A stretch of DNA of 12,768 nucleotides from Octopus sinensis (lineage: Eukaryota), in contig NW_021827133.1 of assembly GCF_006345805.1 (NCBI RefSeq), positions 1 through 12,768 of the forward strand, read 5' to 3'. Position 1 is the stretch's first letter; each line of letters opens with the position of its first letter. This document shows, in pieces, positions 9,781-12,768 of the stretch. A program made the translations under genes and the position numbers. The notes beneath the pieces were generated by a model. It was not told the origin of the DNA. It worked only from the letters and a program-made list of their open reading frames with translations, and ran no database searches.

Positions 9781-10134
9781 CAAGCCTGCGTGTACTCCAT
9801 CCCATGGCGTTGCGGTAGGTTATACAAAGGTGAGACATGCCGTCCCCTTAGAGGAACATTGTAAGGCTGTGGCACGAGGGGATAGTGAAAAATCAGGTAT
9901 AGGTGATCATGTATGAAAAAAAGGGAGACCACCTCCCTTGTGGGATGAAATTAAAATAATAGACAGATAACACCGCTGGAAAATACGAAAATTAAAAGAG
10001 GCTCTGCATATGCTAGGACACAAGAACCTCCTAAGCAGACCTAGTGCAGATATGAATGTAATATGGGAACAAGTATTAAGAAAAGATAAAATATTAGGTT
10101 TATAAACCCCAAAATTCCCTCTCTTATTCCCTAC

Positions 10135-10205
10135 GGACATGCAGCGTAGCGGATAAGAGCATGCCCTGCTAACCCTCGGATGCTGAGTTCAATTTTAGTA
10201 GCGAC
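10135..10205 (+). promoter_or_regulatory. Degenerate tRNA-like Pol III A/B-box region in the Penelope 3' region (duplicated at ~11895-11966)
   Basis: GGACATGCAGCGTAGCGGATAAGAGC contains the A-box-like CAGCGTAGCGG (10142-10152). The B-box-like GAGTTCAATTT (10185-10195) lies at tRNA-like spacing. Confidence 0.5.
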
Positions 10206-10314
10206 TTGGGAAATAATTTATAACAAAATTAACATCAGCGGAAGAAGAATACCTTGGCAGGGAAAAAAGCGTACCACATTAGTTAAAAAAGGATTGGGTT
10301 CGAAATTCCACCAG

Positions 10315-10360
10315 AAAACTTGATGAAGTCTGGAGAGTACATCAGCAGAAACGTTGTGGT
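10315..10360 (+). ncRNA. Degenerate minimal hammerhead-like motif in the Penelope pLTR, copy 1
   Basis: TTGATGA (10320-10326, C3U), partial stem II CTGG/TCAG, and GAAA-CG-TT (10348-10355) with the palindromic ACGT stem III of dimer-type minimal hammerheads. Stem I pairs poorly. Confidence 0.55.
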
Positions 10361-10740
10361 AACAACAAACAAGATGAGGACAAAATATCCGTCAAATGTA
10401 AGTGATATATACATATGTATGTATATTCTATAAACTTATTCTTTTTTCACATAGCCATAATAAAATAACAGGTTCATTTCAATAGAGCCAATTTTACTCT
10501 TCTTATGTGTATACGTGTGTACAAGGCGATGTATGTATGTATACAGTGTGAGCGTCAGCATCACTCTAGCTATCTATCAATCTATTCACCTATCTATTAT
10601 CTATGTATTTTTCTTCTCTCTCTCTCTATCACTGTATATATATATATATATCTATACACATGTATGTATGTATGTATATATATATATATATGTAAATGTA
10701 TATATAATTTTATATGTATATAAATATATATATATATTTA

Positions 10741-10792
<52 letters not shown>

Positions 10793-10795
10793 TAA

Positions 10796-10836
<41 letters not shown>

Positions 10837-11235
10837 GCAATCTAACTTTCACTGGACGATGCCTCAGCATCAATTCCCATCTTCCGTCGTTACAGTATAA
10901 GGAGAGAGATTGCTCAGTGCCTAAACATCGATCAATGACTAGAACTAGTGACCTTTATGCCCACCACAAAGAAAGGATCAAGCTAAGAAACAATCTACTA
11001 TGCAACAACTAGCCAGGAAACATACTATCCTCTCCAATTAAGAAGAGAAGAGATGATGAAACCCTTAAACTGACCACAGTCTGTCTACACTATGTCAAAG
11101 GCCACTCCGAAAAGATACGAAAGTTATGCGGTTCATATTACATCAGGACAGTATTCAGAAATAATCTAACACTTCACAAATATCTCCTCCAAGTAAGACC
11201 ACCCATAAAAGAGAATATGACCAAATACTGCGTGT

Positions 11236-11546
11236 TGTTTGTTCCTTCTCGAGCCATGCCGGCTCATAAGGGCCGGTTTCCTGGTTTCTTGGCGTATAGG
11301 TTCCCCACTTGACGGGACCCCGGTCCGTCGCAGGTGAGCTGCAAGATGCAGGAGGAAAGGAGGAAGAAGAGTGAGAGAAAGTTGTGGCGAAAGAATCAGC
11401 AGAAGTTTCGCCATTACCTTCTGCCGGAGCCGCGTGGAGCTTAGGTGTTTCGCTCATAAACACACACATCGCCCCGTCTGAGATTCGAACCCGCGATCCC
11501 TCGACCGTGAGTTCGCTGCTCTAACCACTAGGCCATATGCCTCCAC
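11236..11546 (-). mobile_element. tRNA-derived SINE inside the Penelope remnant, copy 2
   Basis: Duplicate of 9478-9780 with the same decayed TSD (11222-11235 and 11547-11559). Confidence 0.9.
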
Positions 11547-12075
11547 CAAGCCTGCGTGTACTCCATCCCATGGCGTTGCGGTAGGTTATACAAAGGTGAG
11601 ACATGCCGTCCCTAGAGGAACATTGTAAGGCTGTGGCACGAGGGGATAGTGAAAAATCAGGTATAGGTGATCATGTATGAAAAAAAGGGAGACCACCTCC
11701 CCTGTGGGATGAAATTAAAATAAGACAGATAACACCGCTGGAAAATACGAAAATTAAAAGGGCTCTGCATATGCTAGGACACAAGAACCTCCTAAGCAGA
11801 CCTAGTGCAGATATGATGTAATATGGGAACAAGTATTAAGAAAAGATAAAATATTAGGTTTATAAACCCCAAAATTCCCTCTCTTATTCCCTACGGACAT
11901 GCAGCGTAGGCGGATAAGAGCATGCCCTGCTAACCCTCGGATGCTGAGTTCAATTTTAGTAGCGACTTGGGAAATAATTTATAACAAAATTAACATCAGC
12001 GGAAGAAGAATACCTTGGCAGGGAAAAAAGCGTACCACATTAGTTAAAAAAGGATTGGGTTCGAAATTCCACCAG

Positions 12076-12121
12076 AAAACTTGATGAAGTCTGGAGAGTA
12101 CATCAGCAGAAACGTTGTGGT
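12076..12121 (+). ncRNA. Degenerate minimal hammerhead-like motif in the Penelope pLTR, copy 2
   Basis: TTGATGA (12081-12087) ... GAAACGTT (12109-12116), identical to 10315-10360. Confidence 0.55.
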
Positions 12122-12508
12122 AACAACAAAACAAGATGAGGACAAATATCCGTCAAATGTAAGTGATATATACATATGTATGTATATTCTATAAACTTAT
12201 TCTTTTTTCACATAGCCATAATAAAATAACAGGTTCATTTCAATAGAGCCAATTTTACTCTTCTTATGTGTATACGTGTGTACAAGGCGATGTATGTATG
12301 TATACACGTGTGAGCGTCAGCATCACTCTAGCTATCTATCAATCTATTCACCTATCTATTTATCTATGTATTTTTCTCTCTCTCTCTCTCTCACTGTATA
12401 TATATATATATATCTATACACATGTATGTATGTATGTATATATATATATATATATGTAAATGTATATATATATTTATATATGTATATAAATATATATATA
12501 TATTTATA

Positions 12509-12556
<48 letters not shown>

Positions 12557-12768
12557 CTATATATATATATATCCGTCTCCATCTATCTGTCTATCTGTCT
12601 ATCTGTCTGGCGCTCTCCTCTCTCAGTATATATATATGTGTGTGTGTGTGGTGTGTGGTGTGTGTGTTGTGTACGTATGCATGTATATGACTATATGTAT
12701 TCTATAACCTGAGAATGTATGTTTTCGTGTACACGTGTAAGCCTAATATATATCTAAATATTATATAA

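Larger units (their letters stand above)
9080..10401 (+). mobile_element. 5'-truncated, dead Penelope-like retroelement (RT C-terminal region, GIY-YIG endonuclease, 3' pLTR), copy 1
   Basis: Frameshifted peptides: [16 protein letters not shown] (PLE 'YRKPT..G.YL...SHHP'-like) and YVKGHSEKIRKLCGSYYIRTVFRNNLTLHKYLLQVRPPIKENMTK. From 9787: CVYSIPWRCGRLYKGETCRPL...EEH...KSGIGDHV and WDEIKIIDR*HRWKIRKLKEALHM (GIY-YIG). A hammerhead-like motif lies in the 3' region. Confidence 0.9.
10835..12162 (+). mobile_element. 5'-truncated, dead Penelope-like retroelement, copy 2
   Basis: Near-identical to 9080-10401, including the same SINE insertion and 5' truncation point. Confidence 0.9.
9080..12572 (+). 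repeat. Direct tandem duplication with a unit of ~1755 bp (9080-10834 and 10835-~12572)
   Basis: CCGCAATCTAACTTTCACTGG occurs at 9080 and 10835. The units are colinear through the Penelope remnant, SINE, unique flank and terminal TA tract, and all junctions lie in (TA)n. Confidence 0.97.

Overview
AT-rich, repeat-dense eukaryotic non-coding DNA with no intact host gene that I can support. The repeat landscape resembles octopus/coleoid cephalopod DNA, judged from recollection and not from a search. The window holds tRNA-derived SINEs of about four families, several with target-site duplications (TSDs) and some nested; long (GAT)n, (TA)n, (CA)n and (GATA)n microsatellites; a 5'-truncated dead mariner (DD34D) transposon; a 508-bp non-autonomous Helitron; and a ~1.75-kb tandem duplication. 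Each duplicated unit carries a 5'-truncated Penelope-like retroelement (RT C-terminus plus GIY-YIG remnants) interrupted by a SINE. The most notable signal is four type-I hammerhead-ribozyme-like motifs on the + strand. The motif at 5232-5312 has a complete catalytic core. Its diverged paralog at 8556-8641 shows compensatory stem changes but has an A6G core mutation. Two degenerate minimal motifs lie in the Penelope 3' ends, downstream of a tRNA-like Pol III promoter remnant, which is a retrozyme-like layout. Most ORFs in the supplied track are microsatellite or SINE artefacts.
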